Notes under the pieces: generated by a model
What the model was told of the DNA's origin: nothing
What the model saw: only the letters and a program-made list of their open reading frames with translations
The model's database searches: none
Source: Octopus sinensis
Taxonomy: Eukaryota
Length of the DNA: 64,000 nt
Direction: 5' to 3'
Assembly (NCBI RefSeq): GCF_006345805.1
Contig: NC_043001.1
Span: forward strand, 21,576,001-21,640,000
In this document: piece by piece, positions 41,144 to 54,243 of the stretch
How the letters are laid out: each line of letters begins with the position of its first letter
How positions within the stretch are numbered: position 1 is the stretch's first letter
Program-made: the position numbers and the translations under genes

Positions 41144-41417
41144 ATTATAAGCATTGGTGAGATTGTTCCCAGTTCAAATCCGACCATAGTCAACTTTGAG
41201 TTTCTTCCATCCGGAATCAGTAAAATAATGTACCAGTCATGTGTTGGGATTGATTTAATCCTCTGTGTATTTTCCCTAAATTTTTTGCCGAGTAACTATG
41301 TAATAAATCAATATCTTAGACTAGTCGAGCGCAACAACTGGCAGAACTGACATCATAACAGGAAAATACCTTGTGATATTTGTATCTCATCTTTCTGAGT
41401 TCAAGTCCCACCAGCGT

Positions 41418-41795
41418 CTCTTTTACTTGTTTCAGTCATTTGACTGTGGCCATGCTGGAGTACCGCCTTTAGTCGAGCAAATCGACCCCAGGACTTATTC
41501 TTTGTAAGCCCAGGACTTATTCTATCGGTCTCATATGCTGAACCGCTAAGTGACGGGGATATAAACACACCAGCATCGGTTGTCAAGCAATGCTAGAGGG
41601 ACAAACACAGACACACAAACATACACACACACATACATATATATACATATATACGACGGGCTTCTTTCAGTTTCCGTCTACCAAATCCACTTCCAAGGCT
41701 TTGGTCGGCCCGAGGCTATAGTTGAAGACACTTGCCCAAGGTGCCACGCAGTGTGACTGAACCCGGAAACATGTTGTTGGTAAGCAAGCTACCTA
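41418..41795 (-). mobile_element. SINE family A
   Basis: Family A match. Confidence 0.8.
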
Positions 41796-41899
41796 ATAGG
41801 AGAGTATTGTAGTTCACTTGAAGCATTGTGTATTGTAAATTACAACAAGTATATAGCCCATTGTTTGTATTATAGTGCATTGTTGTACCATTCAAAACC

Positions 41900-42860
41900 A
41901 CCACTAACAACACTATTCCTATTATTATTAGTATTATTATTGTTAATACAACTAATAATACTATCAACAATAATACTGTTATTATTATTATATTATTATT
42001 ATTATTATTATTATTATTTTTAACATTACCATTGTTATTAACACCACTATTACTATTATTATTATTATTATCATTATTTTTAACATTACCATTGTTATTA
42101 ACACCACTATTACTATTATTATTATTATTATCATTATTATCACCATCACTATTACCATTACTATTATTATTATTATTATTATTATGATTATTATTATTGT
42201 ATGAGGGGTTGGAATTAGCAAGATTAATGCTGGAACTCCCGGGTGAAGAACCTTTATTTAGCAGCTTGGTATTGTGAGAAGATATAATTTGTAAAATATT
42301 TCTAGTGTTAGAGAAAGCGATTCTATCTATGTGGGAATAGATAATAGAATAATATCTAGAATTTGGGGGAAAGTTCCTAGCAACAGCTTCACGGAACTGC
42401 AAAGGAAGGTTCGATTTAATTTGTTTTCCGAAAGGGATTACGAACCAGATACTATTCTTAGTGACTTTTGAATTGTATGTGGTGTTATTTATAAAGGTAG
42501 GGGGAAAACTTCTGGATTGGAAATTTGGTGTTAAATAGCGCTTATCTCCCCTGGTCCGTAAAGAACTTATATTATGTATTGGGCTGCTTACACTACTAGA
42601 ATTAAAATCACTATTCCTATTACTAATTTTATCTGGAGAAGCAGATCTAGGTCTAGAATGAGCAGAATCGATGTATGACACTTTCTCTTTATAGCCAGCT
42701 TTTAACAAGTGTTGTAGAAGTCTGCCTTTTGGTTAAAAATGTCAACATTGGCAGACAATTTAGACAGTCTAAGAGATATGTTTTTTACTAAGTTATTGGT
42801 AACTACCCTAGCGTGATTACTGTAAAGACTAATATACTTAAGATTTGTGGAGGGTTTATG
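41900..42860 (-). pseudogene. Penelope-like element remnant (RT thumb/linker) with Asn-rich (AAT)n expansion
   Basis: YHKPSTNLKYISLYSNHA..ISLRLSKLS..F..Y..LKAGY and IWFVIPF..NFPPNSRY..IAFSNTRNILQIISSHNTKLL resemble Penelope/Neptune thumb and linker motifs. Confidence 0.7.
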
Positions 42861-42884
42861 ATATATATATATATATCGTGACCG

Positions 42885-43155
42885 ATATATATATAGCTGG
42901 TCACAATGCACTTCGCATTGTTTTAGCCTTCGAATGACGCCACCCCGCTGGCTAAGCGAGCAGGCTAACAGAAGAAAGAGTGAAAGAAAGAGTGGTGAAA
43001 GAGTACAGCAGGGATCACCACCCCCTGCCGGAGCCTCGTGGAGCTTTAAGGTGTTTTCGCTCAATAAACACTCACAACGCCCGGTCTGGGAATCGAAACC
43101 GCGATCCTACGACCGCGAGTCCGCTGCCCTAACCAGTGGGCCATTGCGCCTCCAC
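42885..43155 (-). mobile_element. SINE with family C head and a different 3' domain
   Basis: Family C head at 43155; the tail differs from 1395-1784. Confidence 0.75.
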
Positions 43156-43176
43156 ATATACATATATATATATGTA

Positions 43177-43280
<104 letters not shown>

Positions 43281-43562
43281 TGCATGCATGTATGTGTGTG
43301 TGTGTACGACAGCCTCCCACACAACTTCCACCAACGAATTTCCCTCACAGAGCATTGGCCGGTCCGAGGCTATAGAAGAAGACGCTTGCTCAGGGTGCTG
43401 CGCAGTGTGACAGAACTCAAATCCATTTAATTGCAAAGTGACCTCCTTAATCCATTCTAACGTTTTCGCCACTCCGCCATTTATTGATTCAAAGTATTTA
43501 AGCATTTACTTTGAAACACCGTTGTCATTATTCAAGCTGGAAAAAGCGCGCCCAAACACACA

Positions 43563-43652
<90 letters not shown>

Positions 43653-43676
43653 TACAAACACACACACGCACACACA

Positions 43677-43707
<31 letters not shown>

Positions 43708-43809
43708 CATACATACAGCTACCCATTTGTTGTATGATTGCTATCGCAGTTACCTGATTTAGAGAAGTAATTTATCGAGAATGTTACTGCGATAAAAGCG
43801 ATATACATA

Positions 43810-44314
43810 CGTGTGCGTGTGTGTGTGTGTGTGTGTGCGTGCGTGTGTGTATGTGCGCGTGTGTGAGTATGTGTGTAGCACTAAATGTATGTATGTATAT
43901 ATATATATGTATGTATGTTAGGTATGTGTGTGTATGCGTGTGTGTCTGAGTGCATCAGTGTATTTGTGTGTGTATGAGTGTGTAGTAATAAATGTATGTA
44001 TGTGTGTGTATGTATGTATGTGTGTATGTATGTTGTGTATGTATGTATTATGTATGTATGTGTGTATGTGTGTATGTATGTATGTATGTGTGTGTGTATG
44101 TATGTATGTGTATGTATGTATGTGTGTATGTATGTGTGTGTATGAATGTATGTAGGTATGTATGTATGTGTGTATGTATGTATGTGTGTATGTATGTATG
44201 TATGTGTGTGTATGTATGTATGTGTGTGTATGTATGTGTGTGTATGTATGTATGCGTGTGTATGTATATATGTGTGTGTGTGTATGTATGTATATATGTA
44301 TGTATGTGTGTGTA

Positions 44315-44345
<31 letters not shown>

Positions 44346-44608
44346 ATGTATGTATGTGTATGTATGTATGTATGTATGTATGTATGTATGTATGTATGTG
44401 TGTGTATGTGTGTGTGTGTATGTGTGGTATGTATGTATGTATGTATATATGTATGTATGTGTGTGTGTATGTGTGTGTGTATGTATGTAGTATGTGTGTG
44501 TATGTATGTATGTGTGTGTATGTATGTGTGTGTATGTATGTATGTATGCGTGTGTATGTATATATGTGTGTGTGTGTATGTATGTATATATGTATGTATG
44601 TGTGTGTA

Positions 44609-44641
<33 letters not shown>

Positions 44642-45010
44642 ATGTATGTATGTATGTATGTTGTATGTATGTATGTATGTATGTATGTATGTGTGTGTAT
44701 GTGTGTGTGTGTATGTGTGTGTATGTATGTATGTATGTATATATGTATGTATGTGTGTGTGTATGTGTGTGTGTATGTATGTATGTATGTATGTAAGTAT
44801 GTATGCATGTATGTATGTATGCATGTATGTATGCATGTATGTATGTATGTATGTATGTATGTATGTATGTATGCATGCATATATGTATTTATGTATGTAT
44901 GTATGTATGTATGTATGTATGTATGCATGTATGTATGTATGTATGTATGCATGTATGTATGTATGTATGTATGCATGTATATATGTGTGTATATGTATGT
45001 ATTATGTATG
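43810..45010. repeat. 1.2-kb complex (TATG)n/(TG)n microsatellite
   Basis: Direct reading. Confidence 0.95.
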
Positions 45011-45217
45011 TAACAAATGAAATAAATGTTTGAGCAGAAGAAAACACTCGGTCACGAAAACAGACTGGAAACGTACGACATAAAGACGAAGTTTTAAGAT
45101 GAAACACGAGTTTAATTTTAAAGTGCTGTAAATTATTCAGTAAATTCGCAATTAACCAAACGCTTAGAACGAATTCTAAAACACCACAATGTAGAGAAGC
45201 TATCTATTTATTTGATA

Positions 45218-45591
45218 CTAGCAGTATCGCCCGGCGTTGCTCTGGTTTGTAAGGGAAATAACTATAAAGCATTTTTAGAGAGTTATAGCCAAAAAACAGC
45301 AAAAAAATGATGGTAAATTTTTTTTGATAGTTAAAAAAGGTGGAGTTGCGTCCCCTACACAGTTCGTGGTTCGTGTTTCTGATTCTCGACCCCATGTCGA
45401 ATTTATCGATTTTTTTCAGAACTGGGGGAACTTTTCAAAATTTTCGCTGCGTTAGTTTTGAATTATGACATTGGGCTATGTGTGTGTCAAGTTTCATCAG
45501 AATCGGTTGAAAGCCGTGGTCAGGGTGAGGGTACAAGCAAACAGACACACAGAAACACGCACAGACAAACTGCCGTTTATATAGAGAGAGA
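45218..45591 (-). mobile_element. Non-autonomous Helitron, related subfamily
   Basis: Same hairpin-CTAG 3' end as 34000-34398, different 5' half starting A|TC. Confidence 0.75.
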
Positions 45592-45822
45592 TAAAATAGA
45601 AGCTTGAAACATTTATCATTAAAATATAAGTTACCTTCTGTCACACAGAAATGAGATTTCTTTTGCCGTAGTAAACAAGAAATCTTCCGAGCCGTGTTTA
45701 ATTTTCAAATGCTTGAAGGAAAGAAGGGATAACTTAATTTGCAAGAAGGTATTGCTGAAGAACCAGATCCTCTTGAAGTTGTTTGTGTCTTACCCATCAG
45801 CTTTCTACATGTTATATCGAAA

Positions 45823-46210
45823 TGTGGAAGCTCTCCGTCGGTTACGACGACGAGGGTTCCGGTTGATCCGAATCAACGGAACAGCCTGCTCGTGAAATTA
45901 ACGTGTAAGTGGCTGAGCACTCCACAGACACGTGTACCCTTAACGTAGTTCTCGGGGATATTCAGCGTGACACAGAGAGTGACAAGGCCGGCCCCTTGAA
46001 ATACAGGTCCAACAGAAACAGGAAGTAAGAGTGAGAGAAAGTTGTGGTGAAAGAGTACAGCAGGGATCACCACCATCCCCTGCCGGAGCCTCGTGGAGCT
46101 TTTAGGTGTTTTCGCTCAATAAACACTCACAACGCCCGGTCTGGGAATCGAAACCGCGATCCTATGACCGCGAGTCCGCTTCCCTAACCACTGGGCCATT
46201 GCGCCTCCAC
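45823..46210 (-). mobile_element. SINE family C with TSD
   Basis: TSD TATATCGAAATG on both sides. Confidence 0.85.
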
Positions 46211-46394
46211 TATATCGAAATGGGAGATGAAACAAAGAAATCCAAGCTTGTCAAGTTAAAGAAAATCTCTTATTAGTTTAAAAGGTTGTAAACCTTATGG
46301 CTTAGACACTAAACCATGGACCCTGAGCTTCAAAGTTATAAACCTTAGAGTTTGAAACAACTTTCATCTAAAATAAACGCAAGCTATATATCAG

Positions 46395-46663
46395 ACACAG
46401 GAATGCCTACGTGGTAAACAAACTCGCTCAGAAACCATGCAGTTTCGATCCCACTGTGCGGCTCCCTGGACAAGAATCTTCTACTATAGCCTCGGCCCAA
46501 TTAATGCATTGTGAGTGAATTTTGTGGGAGGAAATTGCGTGGACGTATGTCGTATATGCGTGTATGTGTATATTTATGTGTGTGCGTATCTGCGTTTGTG
46601 ATTGTCCCCACTATCACTTGACAACCGGTGCGGTTGTCAAGCGATGGTAGGGGACAAACACAG

Positions 46664-46694
<31 letters not shown>

Positions 46695-46848
46695 TATATA
46701 TGACAGGCTTCTTTCAGTTTCCATCTACCAAATCCACTCACAAGGATTTGGTCAGCTCGAGGCTATAGTAGAAGACACTTGTCCAAGGTGCCATGCAGTG
46801 GGACTGAACCCATAACCATGTGACTGGGAAGCAAGTTTCTTATCACAG
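46395..46848. mobile_element. Two SINE A halves fused in inverted orientation
   Basis: + copy to 46630 (TTGACAACCG) abuts a - copy (CGGTTGTCAA). Confidence 0.7.
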
Positions 46849-47254
46849 AATAAAATATAAGTAACAAAGACGTACAGGTGTCAATTCATTACGGCTGTTT
46901 CAAACGAACCCTTTAATTGATTAATGAAAGCATTTCATCATTGTAAAGAAACCGTTTTCGTCAGATAAATTCATGGTCTTCAAATATTAAGGTCAGTTCA
47001 ACTTGTTCAACGTAGTTAACAAATTCACGGAGTAAAAATATTTACATTGATCCTGCTTGATTTCAGTTGGCAGATTGAACTTATTAGAATTTGGTCAGAA
47101 CAAAGAAGAATTTTGGGGATCTTAGAGTTTATATTAGTGGGAGGAGATAATTGACCCGAGTGACTCAGTTATCTAAACTTCTAACAATAGGGGAAGGATC
47201 GGCTCCGATCGTCTAGATTTTTTATCTTAAGTTATGTGTACTGATCACAGGTAA

Positions 47255-47552
47255 GGAGGCACATAGCCTAATGGTTAGAGCAGCGGACTCGCGGTTGAGG
47301 GATCGCGGGTTCGAATCTCAGACCGATGTGTGTGCTTATGAGCGAAAACACCTAAGCTTCACGCAGCTCTGGCAGAATGTAATGGCGAACTTCTGCTGAC
47401 TCTTTCGCCACAACTTTCCCCCATTCTTTCCTCCTGCATCTTGCAGCTCACCTGCGACGGACCGGCGTCTCGTCCAGGTAGGGAATCTATACGCCAAGGA
47501 AACCGGGAAACCGGCCCTTATGAGCCAGGCAGGGCTCGAGAAGGAACAAACG
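47255..47552 (+). mobile_element. SINE family E full length
   Basis: tRNA-like head GGAGGCACATAGCCTAATGGTTAGAGCAGCGGACTCGCG..GGTTCGAATC. Confidence 0.8.
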
Positions 47553-48525
47553 ATCAGAGGTAAGAGAAGCAATTAATGACAGATAACCTTACTAAATTAT
47601 CAAAAGTGATGGGATTCTATGTAGGCTTAATCTTCGAAAATGGGCAAGGCATAGAGTAGTAATAAGGGAGTGGATGATGGGGAGGGGATGATAATGAGAA
47701 TAAATAAGATAGAAGAAGTTAAACTTACTTATATACATTACAATATTAAAGGCCTTGAGAAATAATGGAATAAAATTTTAAAATAGAAAAAAGGGGGACT
47801 ATTACAATTTAGCATAATTATAATGTTATAGCGTTAAAATAAATTTAGAAAATTAGATATGTGGATGACGAATAAATTATATTTAAAATTGTTAGAAGAA
47901 AGTGAAGAAAAAATTATTTAAAAATTATATAAAGGAAAATATTAGATATAAAAATTTAGAATTTTGGCCCATAGCTAATAAGGAATATAATTTATTTAAA
48001 ATATAAGAATATAAACATAAAATATTCGATGAGGTATATAAAATATAAACTGTAAAAAACATAATCCTTAAAAATATATATATATAAAGGATATATAAAA
48101 ATATATAAAAGAATATATTATAATATAACAAACGAAGGAAACCTTCAAAGGAGGGTAAAACATTCAATTCACTGGTATGGCAGTTGAATACCGCAGAAGT
48201 AAGGATATAAATATAAATTAAAAATAATAAATTAAACAGAGAAATACAACTGACAATCTAACAATTTATTACATAATAATATAATATAATAATAATATAA
48301 TATAATATAATATAATATATATAATATAATATAATATAATATAATATAATATAATATAAATATAGTATAAGATAATATAACCAATTTAAAAAAAAACAAA
48401 TAAAGCCAACAATTTGTTTCGACTTATATACATTATTTGATTTATAAACAATTCATATCTATGTATACTTGTCCCTTCTGGGCCTTAGTTCAAAAGATAG
48501 ACGAAAAATGAATATAAAATATATA

Positions 48526-49410
48526 CGAGGTCTGATCAATAAGTATCCGGACTGTTGCCATAGTAATGAAACTAAAGCACGCAAAGTGAGGCCACTTGGC
48601 AAAGATTGACTTTGAAACCCGCTATGTTTTAGCGTTCTAGCTCACTTCCGCTGTTTACAGCAATGCTTGGAAGGAAGGTATGTAGCGTGTGATCGTCGTA
48701 TTGACAATGACAGAGAAAGTCGTCATGGCGACATCTGCTCAGAAGCCTACGCAAACTTGCAGAAAGTGTATGGAGAGGAGTGTATGAGCCACACAAAATT
48801 GTACGAGTGGTTTAGACGTTTCCAAGATGGCCGAAAAATTGTCGATATTGACGAACGTTCTGGGCGACCCGCAACCAGCAAAACCGAGGAAAAAAACTGC
48901 AGATGCGTGTGCAGCTGTAAGGAAAAATCGTCGAATTACTATCCGTGAGTTATGAGAGATTGTGAAAATTAGTTACGGTTCAGTTCAGTCCATTATCACT
49001 GAAGATTTAGGTATGAGACGCGTGTCTGCCAAATCTGTGCCAAAACTGTTTTCAGCTGACAAAAAAGACACACGGATTTCAGTTGCACAAGATTTCCTTG
49101 ATTTGTGTGGAGAACGATGAAAACTTTTTGAAAACTTTACGTAGGCCTCTGAGCAGGTATCGCCAAGCTTTTGGCAAAATTTGATACAGATTCTCAGCTC
49201 ACCTTCCTCCGACATTGTCAATGCGACGATCACATGTTACACACCTTCGTCCAAGCGCTGCTGTAAATAGCGGATTTGAGCTAGAACGTTAAAACTTAGT
49301 GCGCATGCACAGCAAAGTCCAAGGTCAATCCGTGCCAAGCGGCTTTACTCTGCATGCTATAGCTTCGTTACTGTGACATAGTCCGGATACTTATTGATCA
49401 GACCAACTTG
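48526..49410. mobile_element. mariner-derived foldback element made of two convergent 5' ends
   Basis: TIR GGTCTGATCAATAAGTATCCGGAC at both ends; left arm encodes EAYANLQKVYGEEC..YEWFRRF..DERSGRP (+), right arm ELRICIKFCQKLGDTCSEAY (-). Confidence 0.85.
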
Positions 49411-51431
49411 TAGTATAAAAACTATAAAAATAAAAAAATAAGAGAATATAAAAATATAAGGAAAATATTAAAAGTATAAGAAATATAAAAAATAATACAA
49501 AATATATTAAAAATCATAAAGGTGTATATGTATAGAAAAAATGATAAATTTTTTATTGTATAAAGAGATAGAGATAAAAATAAATATATCAGAATTTAAT
49601 ATAGATAAAGCTAAAAGTGAAAAAACGTTTTATAAATGTTTGTAAGGTATACAATAAAAATATATGAAGATAAAAATAATAATAACAGACCTTAGAATAT
49701 ATATGTTGTACTGAACTGACATCTGTATCTGCTTTTTACTCACTTCTATTTTATTCACCTGGAATCTACGCTTCGTAAATTTCTTTCACTTGAAATCTAC
49801 GCTTCGTAAATATTTTAGACAATATTTTTAATATAAAGTACACGTCTGAATAGCTAAGAGAGGATTTTATTTCTCAGCTAGGTCTTATTATCTGTATACA
49901 CTGCAAAAATATTATATGGACGGCATTACCAGGATGCTGATGCATAGGAAAATACGAGAAAAAAAAAAACAAGATTGATGCAAAAAGTGGAATGAGAAGA
50001 CAAAATGTGAATAAAGACAAAAAAAGAGTGCCGAGAATTGCGTTACCTTTGTCTATAGAAAACAATTAATCTGACTGGTGTAGAATAATTTAACGATGAG
50101 GGTGCCAAAGTCTGCCAGACAGCTACTCAATCTGGAAAGGGTTGTGTCCTCCAGTTCGACAGAAGAAATTTGACTATGTGCTTGTATTTGTGGAAAAGTT
50201 TGAATCTAATTCCAGATTTCAGCAAATGCAAGCACATGGACAAATTACCGTGGCATGAAACTATTAGTAGCTTTTATTTTAACACTATATACATATTTCG
50301 TCAGTTCTTATGAACCTAAAACGATAAAATCTGATCCTTAACATTATTGTACAGAAAAGGGAATATTGTTTTATCTTTAATCCATCAGAGTATTGGGGGG
50401 GGGGGGGCTGATAGAAGAGTTATATTTTAGTTCTGAAATAAAATGATTCGATAGAAAACTAAATGGAATTACGATTGGCAGATAGTGATTGAATATAGGA
50501 TATTATTTTTATACTGTGGTGCTTCACCACAGGATAAGAATTTCGCCGGGATATCAATTATTTGGGAAGGTATTTTACGAACACTGAATTAATGCCGGTA
50601 TCTCCTCTAGAGATTTTGTTTACATCGTTCACATTCGATCAGATGTAGTAACATCTGTAAATAGCCATTTTGTGGATAACTTCACACCTTTTCTACATCA
50701 TTAAATGTGTCGCAGGAAATGATAATGTTTAATTAATGCCAATGTTTCAAATGGTCAAGAACCGTAACAGGGAACGGAAATACACGGAAATACAAAAACA
50801 ATTGTACTCGAGTAGAAAGAAATCTATTTTTAATTTTTCATAATAACACAAAGAATATCTTACATCAAAAGATTTAGCATGTCAAGATTTCCTCTCAAAA
50901 ACTAAACCTCTTGTGGTAAGTAAAAAGAAATTACGTTTCTATCATTTGGAGAAAATTAGCAAAGACTCTAGGCTAGAAAATAAGTTCCATAATAAGGTAA
51001 TAGAATATAGTTTACTGTTCCGTAATATGTAGGATCAGCTAGAAAGTATTTCATTCAGTGAGAGATAAATATCATTTAATATACACAGAGTTAAAATAAG
51101 AGCCACCAATTGTTATACGCCACGGATACACAGTAATTCGACAGATTTATACAGCATGGAGCCTGTAAGAATTGCTTGTGTCTCCAAGCATTCTTACAGG
51201 CTCTATGCCTATGGTTATGTTTTATTTATTTTTTATTTGCAATTCAATTTATACTGAGTTTTTTGTTTTCATTCTGTCTCATCTTTAATGTTCCTAGAAA
51301 AGGCATGGACGTTACCACTCTACTTTTTGTTGTTTTCTGGGGGGTTTTTTTCGTATGAAAAACTTTGGTTTCATGTTTATGTAAGAAACTGCTATTAGAA
51401 TTATTTTGCGTGGAGACGGACACTGCAACCA

Positions 51432-51620
51432 AGTGGAGGCGCAATGGCCCAGTGGTTAGAGCAGCGGACTTGCGGTCGTAAGAACGCAGTTTCGATCCCC
51501 AGACAGGGCATTGTGAGTGTTTATTGAGCAAAAATACCTAAGCTCCATGAGGCTCCGGTGGAGGTAGTGGTGAACCCCACTGTACTCTTTCACCACAACT
51601 TTCACTTTTTCTTCCTACTT
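51432..51620 (+). mobile_element. SINE family C 5' half
   Basis: GTGGAGGCGCAATGGCCCAGTGG head. Confidence 0.75.
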
Positions 51621-52217
51621 CTGCCACAAAGCAGAGGAACAATGGTGTAACCCACTATGGTGTGGTAAACTTTGTACCCCCAGGATGGTTCAGCTCTCCA
51701 CCCGTTAAAAGCCACCCTTTACAGAATGAGGATAACAACGTGGCTTTTGCGCCCGTGCAACCGCCAGTCTATCGCATGTGGTGGGTGGATCTTCAAGTTG
51801 CCACACGCATTCTTAGTAGCTTAGAGTAGGCTCGAATTAGAGATTATTGTTTGTGGCTAATGGCGTGAATCCTGATTGGAAGAAGAAGAAGACTGCAACC
51901 AAAAGTAAACTCGCTGAGACGAATTGATAATTCAATATTGTATTCTGGTTAAAGCCTGATAGCGATCGGGATTTCAATTCCTAGACTAGGTAGTGTGTAG
52001 TGTTCTTGAACAAAACACTTCATATCACGTTGCCCTGCGGCCACTTCGACACCTGATGTGTGGTACACAGTGTACCTGTTCAGACAACATCTCTTTGGTG
52101 GAGTGAGCTAATGTGTGGTGCGAACATTTAATCACTATAAACAAATTATTTGCGCAGGTCGTGCAGTAAAAGCTGAACATTCATGCGTCGCTTGCGACAG
52201 GATAGTCCATTTTATAT

Positions 52218-52296
<79 letters not shown>

Positions 52297-52324
52297 AAAA
52301 AGATGTGGAACACGAGTTGTGATA

Positions 52325-52658
52325 TATAAAAAGGGAAATGAAGAAAATGCCGACAAAATAATTTAAGTAATTTAAGTAATTTAATTAAGTGAAAGTTCTT
52401 TTTACCGGTTGCGTATTTGTTATGCTTATCAAAAGATAATTTTTTTAAGAGAGATAGAGTTCTTTTCTGATAGATTTTTTTCCTGATAGATTTTTTCCAG
52501 ATAAGAGGAAAAAATCTATCAGAAAAGAACTCTATCTCTCTTCAAAAAATTATCTTTTGATAAGCATAACAAATGCGCAACCGGTAAAAAGAACTTTCAC
52601 CTAATTAAATTACTTAAATTACTTAAATTATTTTGTCAGCATTTTCTTCATTTCCTTT

Positions 52659-52662
<4 letters not shown>
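52325..52662. repeat. ~160-bp-arm near-perfect inverted repeat within (TA)n
   Basis: 52325-52485 is the reverse complement of 52505-52662. Confidence 0.9.
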
Positions 52663-52715
<53 letters not shown>

Positions 52716-52736
52716 TATATATATATATATATATAT

Positions 52737-52984
52737 TGTTTGTTCCTTCTCGAACCCTGCCTGGCTCCCGGTTTCCTTGGCGTATAGGTTCCCCACCTGG
52801 ACGGGACGCCGGTCCGTCACAGGTTAGAGAAAGTTGTGGCGAAAGAGTCAGCAGAAGTTCGCCATTACCTTCTGCCGCAGCTAAGGTGTTTTCGCTCATA
52901 AACACACTCATCGCCCGGTCTGAGATTCGAACACACGATCCCTCGACCGCGATTCCGCTGCTCTAACCACTAGGCCATGATCCT

Positions 52985-52988
<4 letters not shown>
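52737..52988 (-). mobile_element. SINE family E (internally deleted)
   Basis: Matches 47255-47552. Confidence 0.7.
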
Positions 52989-53030
<42 letters not shown>

Positions 53031-53337
53031 GTCTCTGTGTGGTGGGGTTTGTATATATATATATATATATAATGTAGTTTAGATTCAGTTGAATTAGATA
53101 CTTAAACTGAGGCACCTTGTTAGGACGAACTTATTTGCACACTCACACGATATTAGGTGATTATCAAACTCTACATAGAATTTTTTCTATCCGATATTCA
53201 TGCAGTGTACGCAGACGACACGATCCAACTAAGTGAATAAACCCGCTCTTGGTTGTTAAGACATGTACTTTATATAAAGATACTTTCAAAATAGTTCAGA
53301 AGAGCAGATTCCAAGGTAGATGAGTAAAATATAAATG

Positions 53338-53688
53338 AGTAACAAAGATGTATAAGTTTCAATTCATGATGGCAGTTTCTAGCCACTCCTTTAATTGATC
53401 GATGTAAGCATTACATCATTGCAAAGTAAACCGTTCTCATCAGATAACCGCATAGACTTCAGGCATACAGGACAATTTAGATATTTAGCAACAGAATCAC
53501 TGTAAATATTTGCTCTCCATTGATGATATGAATATGTTTATATATCTAACTTGTCCTTTATGCTTGAAGTCTATGCGGTCGTCTGATGAGAACGGTTTTC
53601 TTTGTAATCATGTAATGCTTTCATTGATCAATTATAGGAGTCGCTCGAAACAGTCGTAATGAATTGAAACCTATACATCTTTGTTACT
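53338..53688. repeat. ~145-bp-arm inverted repeat carrying a hammerhead motif (Penelope-like terminal repeat)
   Basis: 53338-53484 mirrors 53541-53688; CUGAUGA at 53583 and GAAA-CAGUCG-UA at 53647-53658; homologous arm at 46860-46990. Confidence 0.7.
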
Positions 53689-53691
53689 TAT

Positions 53692-53747
<56 letters not shown>

Positions 53748-53916
53748 ATATATATACATATACAAGATAAGAAAATGGAGAAATACATCTAAATCAAATA
53801 TCAATTACCAGATAATACTCAATCACATACTTTATTAAACCACCACATAAGAGACTGTAGGGTTAAACATAAAAAGCAGAACAAATCAGTGTACATAAAG
53901 GAATGTACATAAAAAA

Positions 53917-53967
<51 letters not shown>

Positions 53968-54183
53968 AGAGGATTGACCGCTAAAATTGGACAGCCTGTA
54001 TGCTAGATATAGACGTCAAAATTGCTATTTTCCACGGAGAATGTGTTCTCAAGAAAAAATTCAGCAAAAAAACAAATAGAGGTCAATCCTCTAAATTTTT
54101 TATGTAAAAAATTTTTAATCGTCGGATTTTTTAAATATGCTAGGCCACTGGTTTTAATTGATTAATATCAATTTCTACCCTTA

Positions 54184-54243
<60 letters not shown>

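Noticed and set aside
43881-45033. Long ORFs of 260-350 aa (HTYI/MYVC repeats)
   Set aside because: Translations of (TATG)n/(TG)n microsatellite; the same applies to similar ORFs at 4878-5309, 10420-10914, 27184-27803 and 35798-36423
47560-48300. Possible decayed RT (IRYVDD at ~47850) in AT-rich sequence
   Set aside because: Isolated motif without a continuous supporting frame
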